Shown here: positions 51,454 through 61,509 of the stretch, piece by piece
How the letters are laid out: each line of letters begins with the position of its first letter
Numbering within the stretch: position 1 is the stretch's first letter
Assembly (NCBI GenBank): GCA_963664015.2
Contig: CAXXLF010000001.1
Span: 768,001 to 832,000 of the forward strand
Reading direction: 5' to 3'
DNA length: 64,000 bases
Origin: Candidatus Binatia bacterium
GTDB lineage: Bacteria > Desulfobacterota > Binatia > UBA9968 > CAXXLF01
The notes under the pieces: generated by a model
Database searches by the model: none
What the model was told of the DNA's origin: nothing
Seen by the model: only the letters and a program-made list of their open reading frames with translations
Made by a program: the position numbers and the translations under genes

Positions 51454-52581
51454 TCAAGGTCTTTCTTTAAGGAGTTGCCGGATAGGCGTCAGGTCAATGT
51501 ACTCAGCCGGATTGGCCATCATATAATCGACACCTTTTTGACGCCGGTAGATGGGAAGTCCCTTATCCTTGGAAATATTCTCTCGCATGGAGTTGTTCCA
51601 CCCCCGATGGAGGTCCTGGAAAACAGTTTGACCTTGCCTTGAAAGGAGCCAGTTGACTGCGACCTTGGCCGCGTTGGGGTGCGGTGCCTGGTTCATATAA
51701 CTCACGAGTCCGCTTCTAGGTGATACAAAGGCTCCTTCCTTAAATAAGCCAGGTGGAATCATGGCTATGGGGAGTCCCTGATCGATAGCATCCTCAGTGC
51801 CCCTGGTAAAAAGGGCAAAGGAGTATTTACCGATAGCCAGCCAGTCGAGGACCTGGCGGTCATCCCTGCTGATGGGAATGTCCATCTCGCCGTAGAGCCG
51901 GCGGATAAAGTTGGGCCCTAGGGGGGGGTAATTATAGAAGAAACTGAGGTTTTGTTGCGACGATCCATCGACCAAGGGATCGATACTGATAATCTTACCC
52001 TTCCACTTGGGATTTAACAGGTCGAAGAAAGACTTGAGCTCTTTCGGGTCGACGAGCTTCGTGTTGTACACGATACCACCACCCTGAGGGGTTCCTTCGT
52101 ACATGAGCGTATACTTGCTTTGTTTATCAATATAGTAGTCTTTATGCTGGGACCAGTGATACCGATCGACCACCTCGGGAAGAGCCAGGAGCGGTTTCAG
52201 GGGCGGTACCGCCTTTGCCGTGATCAGGGTTTTAGTCACGTCCGTGGGACTACCGATATAAATGTCCACATTGTAAATCCTTGCACGACGCTCGGCCATT
52301 ATCCGTTGGATACGGACGCTGCCCCGGCCCGCACTTAACGTCGTAACCTTGATATCGGGGTAAGCCTTCTGGAACCCTTGACCAAACATAATACCGATAT
52401 CCGACGCTCCATGGACCACCAGTTTGCCTTATCTCTATGCCGCCTCAACCGTTTCATTCCACCCCGCTTGCTGCGCGAAGGACACTCCGGAGGCGCTGGC
52501 CAACAGGTGGCCAATAAGCCCCAGGGTCAGCAAACCTTTTTCAACGTAAGATCTTCTACCGCACGATCGTTCAGTGATCAT
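51454..52581 (-). pseudogene. ABC solute-binding protein with two nonsense codons near the N-terminus
   Basis: Signal peptide..WNETVEAA*R*GKLVVHG (TAG 52435-52437, TAA 52429-52431); the rest is intact to PHPNAAKVAVNWLLSRQGQ. Confidence 0.82.
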
Positions 52582-52601
52582 AGTTATTTCCTTTCACTTT
52601 G

Positions 52602-54059
52602 CTAATCGAACACGTCCTTCCATTTTTTCAGTATGTTCTCGCGGAACTCGGGACTGTTGGAACATACCGGAGGGAACTCCTTGATCCATTCGTAGGGACG
52701 GCAGGCATTGATGACCAGGTTATGAGCGGTATACGGCTTTCGCCCTTCATCCTTGTTAGGATCTGAGCGATCGTTCGGCGGAACCCGCGGGTCCAGCTGC
52801 CAGACCGCCGTTCCCGGGATCACTTGAACCCCCTGCTCGGGAATGCACCGGCTGGCCATCGCCCACATGACCTCATCGCTGTTGGAAACATCGATATCGT
52901 CATCCACTATGATCCACACCATGTGGCCATTGTACTGATCTCCTCCGGGAAGCAATTCTCGGATGACGTCGTTGACCTGACCAAGATAACTCTGACGTAG
53001 TGCCACCACATTCAAATGAGGCTTGGAAAGCCCGAACACTCGGGTCACTCCCGGTATCCCAGCCTTCTCAAGCCTTGCGATGGCGCGCATATTGTCACCG
53101 CCCAGACTGGCAAAGTACTCACAACCCACGGGCCGAACCGGGGGCGCCCCGAAAATGATCGGGTCGTTACGATGATAAACCGCCTTGACTTCGATGATAG
53201 TCTCCGGACGTCTCCCATGAGCATAGTAGCCAGTCCACTCCCCGAAGGGTCCTTCCGGGACGAGCGCCTCGTTAGGCGACGGGATGAAGCCCTCGATCGC
53301 GATCTCCCCTCCCGCCGGAATGGGAAGGCCGGTAAACTCACCGGTGACAACCGGATAAGGTGAATGGTGCAGATATCCAGCGACTTCGAACTCGGACACA
53401 CCTTCGCTTGCGTAGTGGACGCGGGAACCTGCAAGAGAGGTGAGGATGGGTTCCTGTCCCACCGATACGACGACCGGACACTTCACCCCCCGATCCCAGT
53501 ACTTTCTTCGAATGACGTCGCCGTGCTTGCCATGCTCAATAAAAATCGCGCAGGTGTTGCGATCATAAACCGACACCCGGTAGGCGCCGCAATTAATAAA
53601 AGCCGTGTCCGGGTCCTTTTGAATCACACAGACGCCGGTACCGATATAACGTCCGCCGTCGTTTTCGTGCCACTTGGGCGTAGGAAATTTAAAAAGATCA
53701 ATATCATCTCCCTTGAGTACGTTCTCCATCACGGGACCCGAAGCCACGGTTTGGGGCGGCACTGGCCGAAAATCGCGCATGATCGCCTCGCTTTTTTCAG
53801 CTAGGGCTTGGGGACCGAGCTCGGGAGGAAGCCCGAAGGCGATGGCGGTCCGTTTGGGGGTATTGTAGACGTTAGAAATGACCCGATACCCCTTGGGATA
53901 ATCTTTGATATCATCGAACAACAAGGCAGGACCGCGTCTCTCGGTCATGAGCTCGGTGATGCCTCCGATATCGTTCTCCCAATGGGCTCCAAGGACCTTT
54001 TTTAGCTCTCCGGCTTCTTCCAATTTCTCCAAAAATTCTCGTAAATTATTCCACAACAT
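52602..54059 (-). CDS. UbiD-family decarboxylase (canonical motifs)
   Basis: NCGAYR, HGKHG, SEFEVAG, EGPFGEWTGY, VDDDID. Confidence 0.92.
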   Translation of the reverse strand: MLWNNLREFLEKLEEAGELKKVLGAHWENDIGGITELMTERRGPALLFDDIKDYPKGYRVISNVYNTPKRTAIAFGLPPELGPQALAEKSEAIMRDFRPVPPQTVASGPVMENVLKGDDIDLFKFPTPKWHENDGGRYIGTGVCVIQKDPDTAFINCGAYRVSVYDRNTCAIFIEHGKHGDVIRRKYWDRGVKCPVVVSVGQEPILTSLAGSRVHYASEGVSEFEVAGYLHHSPYPVVTGEFTGLPIPAGGEIAIEGFIPSPNEALVPEGPFGEWTGYYAHGRRPETIIEVKAVYHRNDPIIFGAPPVRPVGCEYFASLGGDNMRAIARLEKAGIPGVTRVFGLSKPHLNVVALRQSYLGQVNDVIRELLPGGDQYNGHMVWIIVDDDIDVSNSDEVMWAMASRCIPEQGVQVIPGTAVWQLDPRVPPNDRSDPNKDEGRKPYTAHNLVINACRPYEWIKEFPPVCSNSPEFRENILKKWKDVFD

Positions 54060-54120
54060 ATAAGACCTTCCTTCAATTGGTTTTCCACCCCATTATTAGC
54101 AACTGATTCTGCCCCCTCCC

Positions 54121-55419
54121 TTATCGAGCCGACTTGGTATGCCACCCCTGCCCCTCGGCGGCCAGCTCTTCGCAGTACTTTTTCCATCCCGTGGACTCGG
54201 GCAGTACACCATAGGTGGCGACGATCTGCGGGAAACGGTTCAACTCGGGGTCGCGGACCACGTGAGGCGGGTCCTTGCCCTCTTGTACGGAATTCATAGC
54301 CTGTTGAAGAACCTTACGGCAGGCTACAATCGGCATGTCTGTCGTGACCAGATTCTCTTTGGTCCTGTCTTGAACAGCGCCAGCTCCTTCAATCACACAG
54401 GTATCCTGAGCTGCAAAAAACTTCGGGTATATACCGCTATAGATCGTGGTTTTCATGGCCTCCCGATCCTGCTGGTATCGGTTATCCTTATTCGCCACCG
54501 GAATGTAGGTAGGAGGCGGTGCCAGCACGTTTCTTTGGTTCTCTCCCCTTCCGATGGCCTTTTCCCTGCTGAAGGCGATAATGTACTTCCAGTGGTGGGT
54601 GTCATCAATGGGGACATGCCAATTCACCCCTCCCCCTGGGATAACGGTCAAATTGGGAAGGATAAAGGTCGCCACTCGGATGTAACTTCGTCCCTCGCCC
54701 ATGACACGAAGCTTACAGACCCTCACTCCAAGATCGAGAACCTGAGCGTCGGTCGATTCCATACCCGGGTCGGGCCCCCTCCCCGTCAACACCCCGGGAT
54801 TAGCAAAACGGTCCATGACCTGCTGGTACTCTTCCGGGTTCAACCGCTCTAGATCCTTTTTAACGAAATGGACAAAGTTGTTGTGGATCAGATCAATATT
54901 GCCCTCGTTGCCTTGCAGGAAGTTGCATTCCGAGTATAGCTTGTGCACCGTTCGATGATCGTCCGGGACGTTGAAAAATTCGTAGTTGGGGAGCAGCGGC
55001 GGCTCGCTCGGCCCCATATAGGCAAAGATTATACCTCCCTTTTCCTCGCAAGGGTAAGCGGGTTGCCGGATCGCGTCCTTATGCTCCCCGCCTCCTGGCT
55101 CACCGGGCTGATCCAGACATCGACCGTGGATGTCGTAAAGCCAACCGTGATAGATACACCTCAGTCCGCCATCCTCCACCCGGCCGTAACTCAAATCCGC
55201 GCCGCGGTGCGAACAGTGTATCCCTAGCAACCCGGGTCGTCCCTCATCGTCACGAAACAGGACCAGGTCCTCTCCGAGAAGCCGGACAGGCAAGGGAGCT
55301 CCTCCCACGGGCAACTCCTCCGAGAGCCCGGCCGGTTGCCAGTAGCGCCGCATCAACTCTCCACAAGGTGTCTCCCGTCCAATCTGAGTGAGCAGATCGT
55401 TTTCTTCTTTGGTTATCAC
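54121..55419 (-). CDS. Rieske oxygenase alpha subunit (phthalate dioxygenase/LigXa-like)
   Basis: CSHRGADL..CIYHGW, EGNIDLIHNNFVH, AQD. Confidence 0.92.
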   Translation of the reverse strand: MITKEENDLLTQIGRETPCGELMRRYWQPAGLSEELPVGGAPLPVRLLGEDLVLFRDDEGRPGLLGIHCSHRGADLSYGRVEDGGLRCIYHGWLYDIHGRCLDQPGEPGGGEHKDAIRQPAYPCEEKGGIIFAYMGPSEPPLLPNYEFFNVPDDHRTVHKLYSECNFLQGNEGNIDLIHNNFVHFVKKDLERLNPEEYQQVMDRFANPGVLTGRGPDPGMESTDAQVLDLGVRVCKLRVMGEGRSYIRVATFILPNLTVIPGGGVNWHVPIDDTHHWKYIIAFSREKAIGRGENQRNVLAPPPTYIPVANKDNRYQQDREAMKTTIYSGIYPKFFAAQDTCVIEGAGAVQDRTKENLVTTDMPIVACRKVLQQAMNSVQEGKDPPHVVRDPELNRFPQIVATYGVLPESTGWKKYCEELAAEGQGWHTKSAR

Positions 55420-55927
55420 TTCACGTCACCTCCTATGAATCCTCCACGGTCTCACGCCCGTGGTATCCTTCCTTATCTTTGGCGTCATCCGCCGAAGCAC
55501 CTACCTTTGCCAAGGCTACGGTCGGTTCGTCCATCGCATCGTCCATGGGCTTATCCCCAGGTTTTTCTGCGAAGGCGAAAAGATGCGGCCTGGACAGGGG
55601 GCCGTAACTGCGAACCAGTACCGGACCATACCAATCGGCGTTGCCCCGAGCCAGCAACGTACTGCGATCAATCGCAAAGATTGCTGGCCAACGATTTTAC
55701 GCTTTAAGGTCTCCTCCTACGAAGAACGTTCCCGTCCCCCTCACGACGCTCCGGCTTTACTGTCTAGGACCAGGAGGTAATCTGGAGGTCAACTCAGGTG
55801 TGGCCCTTTTAGTAAAAGGCTCAATAATTGTCAACTCAATCACAGCAGGCTGGTTGGGAAAAATCCGGTCAGAATCCCGCCCTTAAGCCCACTCAGCAAC
55901 TCGGGTCAATCGGCAGGAAACCCAGGA

Positions 55928-56641
55928 TCAAAGCGGCCGATAGGATTGGATCTTGCCCGCATCGATTTCTTGCAATCTTTCTTTTGACAGCGGTTGGCCG
56001 AATAGCTCATTACGCATAACCAGGTACTGTCGGGCCACTCTTTTGTTCGCCTGCTTGATCCTTTCAATTTGCTCAGAGTCGAGATTCGAAGCTTGCAGCT
56101 CCTTCCATCCCATCCGGTAATGCTTCAACTCGTCTGAATAGATGTGCTTGTAGGCCCCGGCTACTTTTTTCTCCAGTGGTCCGCCGGTTACATTCTTCAT
56201 GACCGAAGCAAAAACGGTTTCGTGGGCCACATTGAGGTGGGGGGCAAGATTGAGGTCGTCTCTCAGCGTCTTCCTCAGTTCTTCCAGATTCGATTGCTCC
56301 GGCGATGTGGGACACTTATCGGCAATGACTCGCTCCCCCGTCATCCCTTCCATGATATCTGCCAAAAGCCTGTAGTGTTTGACCTCATCGGCCAACTCGT
56401 AGGCCAACCCCTCGTAAATCCTTCGATCGACCTCCCGATCGATCTGCGGGAACTGATCCCCCAACAACCCCAGGATCTTCGGGATCGCCTTGATCTCTTT
56501 GTACTGCGTGACCTTAAGCCAAAACAAGTCCTGCTCGACGGGCCGAGGTTTAGAGAAATAGAGTCCTACCAGCTCCTTCAACCCGCCCCAAGAGTGCTCC
56601 ATGGGGGATTCGATGTCCTGTTTGATTTCTTTGTAGCGCAT
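55928..56641 (-). CDS. Ferritin-like diiron protein
   Basis: Two ExxH motifs (DEVKH, DELKH), each preceded by a Glu (YKE, AHE); helical composition. Confidence 0.75.
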   Translation of the reverse strand: MRYKEIKQDIESPMEHSWGGLKELVGLYFSKPRPVEQDLFWLKVTQYKEIKAIPKILGLLGDQFPQIDREVDRRIYEGLAYELADEVKHYRLLADIMEGMTGERVIADKCPTSPEQSNLEELRKTLRDDLNLAPHLNVAHETVFASVMKNVTGGPLEKKVAGAYKHIYSDELKHYRMGWKELQASNLDSEQIERIKQANKRVARQYLVMRNELFGQPLSKERLQEIDAGKIQSYRPL

Positions 56642-56903
56642 CTTGTTGAACCTTCTCCAATCTACGCTTTAGTTTCCGACTGTAACAATGCGACCAAGAC
56701 TACCCATATTCGTGGTCTCAATCAAGCATAGCCAAGGCTGTGAAGATGTTCCGATATTGCTTGGAGAGGGTCCCTCAGACAGGAATGGCCTACTTGCGAT
56801 ATTTCCTGTGCTACAGCGGAAAACGAGGCAGCGATACACGGAAGAAGAGCTATCAACAAAAGCTCAGCACCGTTTGCTATCGCCTGACAATTAAACATCT
56901 TTC

Positions 56904-57041
56904 TCACCTCTGCCCCAAATTCACCGTCTTAAACATCGGCTGATACGTCGCCCTCTCCACCTTCAACTTCTCCATAAACTCATCCTGAGTGATCAGCCCC
57001 TTCTCGATGAGGAGCTCCCAGAGTCCATCTGTCTGGGCCAT
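56904..57041 (-). pseudogene. Fragment of small hypothetical protein
   Basis: AQTDGLWELLIEKGLITQDEFMEKLK, protein-like but without a convincing 5' part. Confidence 0.3.
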
Positions 57042-57118
57042 GAATACACTTGTTAAATTGTACGGATTTATGTTAGATGACCACAGGCAAAAAAACTTGG
57101 GCAAATTTGGAGATTTCG

Positions 57119-58213
57119 ATGCGTTACAAAATATCACTATCATGGGTCTTGAGCGTCTTAATTATGGTATTTGCAATGATACCAGAGCTAGTCCTCGGAG
57201 CTGGCAAATGGGATCAAGTCAAGAAATTGGCTCGTCAAGAGGGTAAGGTCGTACTAGGGACAAACATAGGCTTACCTAAATTTCGCCAGGATCTAACCAA
57301 AGCCGTTAAGAAGCGATATGGCATTACAGTAGAGCTTCGCAATATGAAGTCAGGCGCACTCTCACAGATAGTAGACAGGGAAGGCGCTGCCGGCAAACCT
57401 AGCATGGATGTATTGATGGGCGGTAACAGCGAGGTCATGACCGTCTACCCCAAGGGCCGCCTTTCTCCGGTATTGCCGAAGTTGTTGATGCCTGAGGTAA
57501 TTGATACCAAGCTTTGGCGAGATGGAAGGCTTAAATTTACGGACCCCGAGGAAAAGTACCTGTTGCAGACGGGAGCCTATTTGTCACCCGCGGGTATCTA
57601 TAATACGGACCTTGTAAAGGCTGGGGATCTTAAGTCCGTTCAGGGCCTATTGAATCCCAAATTTAAGGGCAAGATCGCAAGCTTTGATCCACGTCGTGGG
57701 GGAGCGGGGCGCGGAGCAGCTGCCTATTTTTTGTTAAAACTAGGCCCTGATTTTATTACTACACTCTTCAAGGGGCAGAATGTCACCTACACCTCGAACC
57801 ATCGCCAACTGGCGGATTGGATTGCACGGGGAGTTTATGCCATCGGTATCGCTTCACCCTCTAGGGCCTATCTGCCTCTAAAACGTGAGGGCCTGCCTGT
57901 TACCGAGCTCGCCTTCGATGATTTGCTTGACAAAATGTCTGGTGGCAGCAGTGTGCTAAAGTTGGTCAAGGGGGCTCCCCACCCAAATGCTGCAGTCGTC
58001 CTGCTCAACTATATTGCTTCGAAGGAGGGACAGCTAATCTTTGAAAAGTACGTAATACAGAAAAGCCGACGACTAGACGTAATAAACCCTGAAATGCCGA
58101 AATCATTTATTCCAAAAGCAGGCATGAAATACCACGACACGTACTCGTTCCAGTACTACACTAGGGACCGTAAAGCGGGCCAAAGGCGGGTGAAAAAACT
58201 GCTAAAGAGGTAA
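57119..58213 (+). CDS. ABC transporter extracellular solute-binding protein
   Basis: Signal peptide, WDQVKKLARQEG, LLNPKFKGKI, APHPNAA..SKEGQ. Confidence 0.9.
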   Translation: MRYKISLSWVLSVLIMVFAMIPELVLGAGKWDQVKKLARQEGKVVLGTNIGLPKFRQDLTKAVKKRYGITVELRNMKSGALSQIVDREGAAGKPSMDVLMGGNSEVMTVYPKGRLSPVLPKLLMPEVIDTKLWRDGRLKFTDPEEKYLLQTGAYLSPAGIYNTDLVKAGDLKSVQGLLNPKFKGKIASFDPRRGGAGRGAAAYFLLKLGPDFITTLFKGQNVTYTSNHRQLADWIARGVYAIGIASPSRAYLPLKREGLPVTELAFDDLLDKMSGGSSVLKLVKGAPHPNAAVVLLNYIASKEGQLIFEKYVIQKSRRLDVINPEMPKSFIPKAGMKYHDTYSFQYYTRDRKAGQRRVKKLLKR

Positions 58214-58368
58214 TCTCAGCGCGCCAAGACGTTTGAGCCTACCAGCCACGCCCGTGGAGCAACAAATCTAGACTTTATGGTGTCGCTCCTTACTAGGATG
58301 GGCTCATGGAAATTTAATGGATTGATCAATCAATCTATATTTTAGGAAGGTTTTAATTAGAATCGTCG

Positions 58369-58402
58369 AGCAAAAGGGAGAGCCGGTCTTCTCCCTTTTG
58401 CT
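58369..58402. terminator. 13-bp perfect hairpin between SBP and ATPase genes (terminator/mRNA-stabilising)
   Basis: AGCAAAAGGGAGA-gccggtct-TCTCCCTTTTGCT. Confidence 0.65.
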
Positions 58403-58471
58403 AACTCTATGGGGTATGCGCCTACGGCAAGCCTGTGTGGGCCTAATAATCAATTCTAGGCAGGTGTCTAA

Positions 58472-59599
58472 ATGGATAAAACTTTTGCTAAATCCGAAAA
58501 CCCGCTTCTCAGCGTTAGAGGCCTGAACAAGTTCTATGATTCCGTTCAGGTGTTAAAGGACGTCAACTTTGACGTATATGAGAATGAAATTCTGGTCATC
58601 TTGGGTCCTAGCGGCTGCGGTAAAAGCACGACCCTGAGGGTAATATCCGGACTAGAACGACCGGAGGCGGCGAAAATTCAACTTAACGGAAGGATCATCT
58701 CGGATTCTGAAAAATGGATATTTTTACCGGCCGAAAAGCGGAACTTGGGAATGGTTTTTCAGGCCTATGCAGTATGGCCACATATGACGGTGGAAGAACA
58801 TGTCGCATTTCCCTTAATAGTCAGACGAAGCTCAAAGGCGGATATTGGGCCTAAAGTCAAACATATGTTGCAGTTTGTCGACCTTCAAGGATTTGAAAAA
58901 CGAAATGCCAGCAAGCTTAGTGGCGGACAGCAGCAGCGATTGGCCCTGGCGCGTGCACTGGTTTATGAGCCGGATTTACTTCTTTTGGATGAACCACTGA
59001 GCAATCTGGATGCCCAACTGCGGCAAATGATGCGAGTCGAGCTAAAAGATTTACAACAAAGATTGGGTACGAGCTTCATCTTTGTAACTCACGATCAAAC
59101 CGAGGCAATGACATTGGCTGATCGAATTATGCTGATGAAGGATGGACAGATCCAGCAACTCGGGACACCCGATGAGTTGTATCAAAATCCTGTGAACCAA
59201 TTCGTGCATTCATTCTTAGGTAAGACGATCTCTTTTGAAGGTCAGTGGGCAAAAGATGGAAGCCATGAATTCATCGAATTAGCGGGTGGCTATAAACTTC
59301 GAGCCGACAACGGGGGAGCAGCCCTTTCATCAAAGGCTTATCATCCAGAACAGGGAGCTCCAGTTCAGATAACCGTGAGGCCGCAACACCTCAAAATAAT
59401 TACTGAAGAGCGAAAACCACAGATGGACGAGATTGAAGCGGTAGTCGAAAACGTTATGAATTTGGGCGATCAATACGAAATTGCTTTAAAAGCCTGTGAT
59501 AAACAATTCGTGCTTACCGTCAGTGAACTGGTATCGAAGGCAGGCGATAAAATTTTATTAAGACTTGAAGCAGAGCAGGTCAAGGTATGGCTTTCATGA
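58472..59599 (+). CDS. ABC transporter ATP-binding protein (FbpC/PotA-like)
   Basis: GPSGCGKS, LSGGQQQR, LLLLDEP, VTHDQ. Confidence 0.95.
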   Translation: MDKTFAKSENPLLSVRGLNKFYDSVQVLKDVNFDVYENEILVILGPSGCGKSTTLRVISGLERPEAAKIQLNGRIISDSEKWIFLPAEKRNLGMVFQAYAVWPHMTVEEHVAFPLIVRRSSKADIGPKVKHMLQFVDLQGFEKRNASKLSGGQQQRLALARALVYEPDLLLLDEPLSNLDAQLRQMMRVELKDLQQRLGTSFIFVTHDQTEAMTLADRIMLMKDGQIQQLGTPDELYQNPVNQFVHSFLGKTISFEGQWAKDGSHEFIELAGGYKLRADNGGAALSSKAYHPEQGAPVQITVRPQHLKIITEERKPQMDEIEAVVENVMNLGDQYEIALKACDKQFVLTVSELVSKAGDKILLRLEAEQVKVWLS

Positions 59600-61311
59600 C
59601 GGAATCAGACCTGCAGGGCCAGTCCAAAGTCTTGCCGGAATCGCGATTGTCGCGACACCCATTTCTAGGAATAAGCTTGCTTGTTCTACTGGGAGCCGCC
59701 TCGGCTAGTGTGCCACCGGTGGCGTTTATTCTCTTAAACGCCTTTAACAGTGCTGATCCCGGGGAGGCCTTCAAGTTTGGGTTTAGTGGATGGGATAGAG
59801 CCTTTAACAATGAAAACACCATGAGCTCTATCGGCTATAGCTTCCTTCTCAACATTCGAACCTTTATCGGAATCGCCTTCGCCTTTTTATTTTCCTGGTT
59901 GCTTATCCGAGTTCGCATTCCCTGCAAGGGTTTTATTGAATTTTCGCTTTGGATCGCATATTTCTTGCCCTCTCTGCCGCTTGCCATAAGCTGGATCCTG
60001 CTCTTGGATCCTAATTACGGGATTTTGAATCAATGGTTTGGAGGTTGGGGTTTTAAACTAACCCCTTACTCAGTTTATGGAATTATATGGGTGCATTTGA
60101 CGGCGAGCACCATACCGGTCATGACCATCCTGCTAGCTCCAGCCTTTAGACAATTGGAGTCTTCATTGGAGGAAGCTGCTCGGGTCTGTGGCGCTGGAAC
60201 CTGGCAAACATTCAGACATGTGCTAATTCCCGTCCTAGGACCAGCTTTGTTCACCGTATGGTTGGCAGGGATGATTCGTGGGTTGGAGTCCTTCCAGGTG
60301 GAGCTTCTGCTGGGACAGCCAATAGGAGTTGATGTGTTTGCGACTCGAATTTATGATCTCATTTCCTGGGAGCCCCCCGAGTTCGCCCAGGCGATTACGC
60401 TGAGCACATTTTTCCTCGCGATCTTGTTCATTCTGGCCATGCTTTACCAGTCCTATACGAAGGACCGCCGTTACGTAACGGTGTCCGGTAAGGGCACTAA
60501 CTTCCGCCCCATGGATCTTGGCTTCATGAGATATGTCATTTCTGCCGCCATGATAGTTTTCATTGCGTTTGCCGTGTTCCTCCCAATGGGGGCTTTGGTT
60601 TTGGGTTCTAGTATGAGGATATTTGGATATTTTGAGATATCTAATCCCTATACATTGGCTCACTGGAAGGCTGTATTTGAGGATCCGGTCTTCATCACCT
60701 CGACATGGAATTCCATAATTTTAGGACTTTCTACCGGGGTCGTGGCCTTACTCGTGTACTGCCTCCTGGGCTATGCGCTGATTCGGTTGCCTTTGCAAGG
60801 AAAAACTTTGTCTAATATTTTTATATGGCTCCCATGGGCGGTTCCCGGAATTATAATGAGTCTGGGAATGTTATGGATGTTCCTATCGGTGCCTTTTCTG
60901 TCGCCCTTGTACGGTACAATCTTTAGCTTGATTTGGGTCTTGATTATCAAGGAGCTCCCAATTGGTGTCCATCTGATCAAGACGAGTTTCACGCAGCTTT
61001 CGGAAGACCTGGAGCAAGTTGCTAGGGTGTGCGGTTCCAGGTGGTGGTACGCTTTTCGCCGGATCACTCTACCACTGATTTCCCCCACGTTGGTCGCTAT
61101 TTTTGTTATTGTTTTTATGGCTTCGATTCGGGATGTGGACAATGTGCTTTTGCTGGCCACCTCGTCGACAAGACCCTTGGCACTCTTAATGATGGAGTAC
61201 GCACTAGGAGGCGAAATGGAATCGGCCTCTATCGTTAGCGTTATTTTAGCTTGTTTTTCCGTCGTTGTAGCTATTTTTGTTCGAAAATACGGATATCGTA
61301 TGCAGTCCTAA
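59596..61311 (+). CDS. ABC transporter permease, fused double domain (FbpB-like)
   Basis: Two EAA loops (LEEAARVCGA, LEQVARVCGS); ATGA overlap with the ATPase gene. Confidence 0.93.
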   Translation: MTESDLQGQSKVLPESRLSRHPFLGISLLVLLGAASASVPPVAFILLNAFNSADPGEAFKFGFSGWDRAFNNENTMSSIGYSFLLNIRTFIGIAFAFLFSWLLIRVRIPCKGFIEFSLWIAYFLPSLPLAISWILLLDPNYGILNQWFGGWGFKLTPYSVYGIIWVHLTASTIPVMTILLAPAFRQLESSLEEAARVCGAGTWQTFRHVLIPVLGPALFTVWLAGMIRGLESFQVELLLGQPIGVDVFATRIYDLISWEPPEFAQAITLSTFFLAILFILAMLYQSYTKDRRYVTVSGKGTNFRPMDLGFMRYVISAAMIVFIAFAVFLPMGALVLGSSMRIFGYFEISNPYTLAHWKAVFEDPVFITSTWNSIILGLSTGVVALLVYCLLGYALIRLPLQGKTLSNIFIWLPWAVPGIIMSLGMLWMFLSVPFLSPLYGTIFSLIWVLIIKELPIGVHLIKTSFTQLSEDLEQVARVCGSRWWYAFRRITLPLISPTLVAIFVIVFMASIRDVDNVLLLATSSTRPLALLMMEYALGGEMESASIVSVILACFSVVVAIFVRKYGYRMQS

Positions 61312-61509
61312 GACAGGGCTCCGAACCTTTTTAAAGTTTTGGCTGTGACCTTCAAACTTATACAGAGGCCCGGATACTATGGTTTAAATGCCGATCTGGC
61401 ACGAATCCATTGCCCGTGTTTTCTGCGAGTACTGAAGTAGACAAGCCCCAAAGGCTTAGCCCGACCGCCGAAGCGGTCCACTGAAGGCTCATCCCCATCA
61501 TGAGGGAGA

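Noticed and set aside
17988-52437. In-frame TAG codons (17988, about 29095, 44881, 52435) as pyrrolysine or amber recoding
   Set aside because: The same or neighbouring genes also carry TAA stops and frameshifts, TAG ends normal genes here, and no pyl genes are visible; simple decay or error explains them
55433-55800. Small ORFs between the ferritin-like gene and Rieske gene as a leader or precursor peptide
   Set aside because: No convincing start/RBS or recognisable motif in any frame
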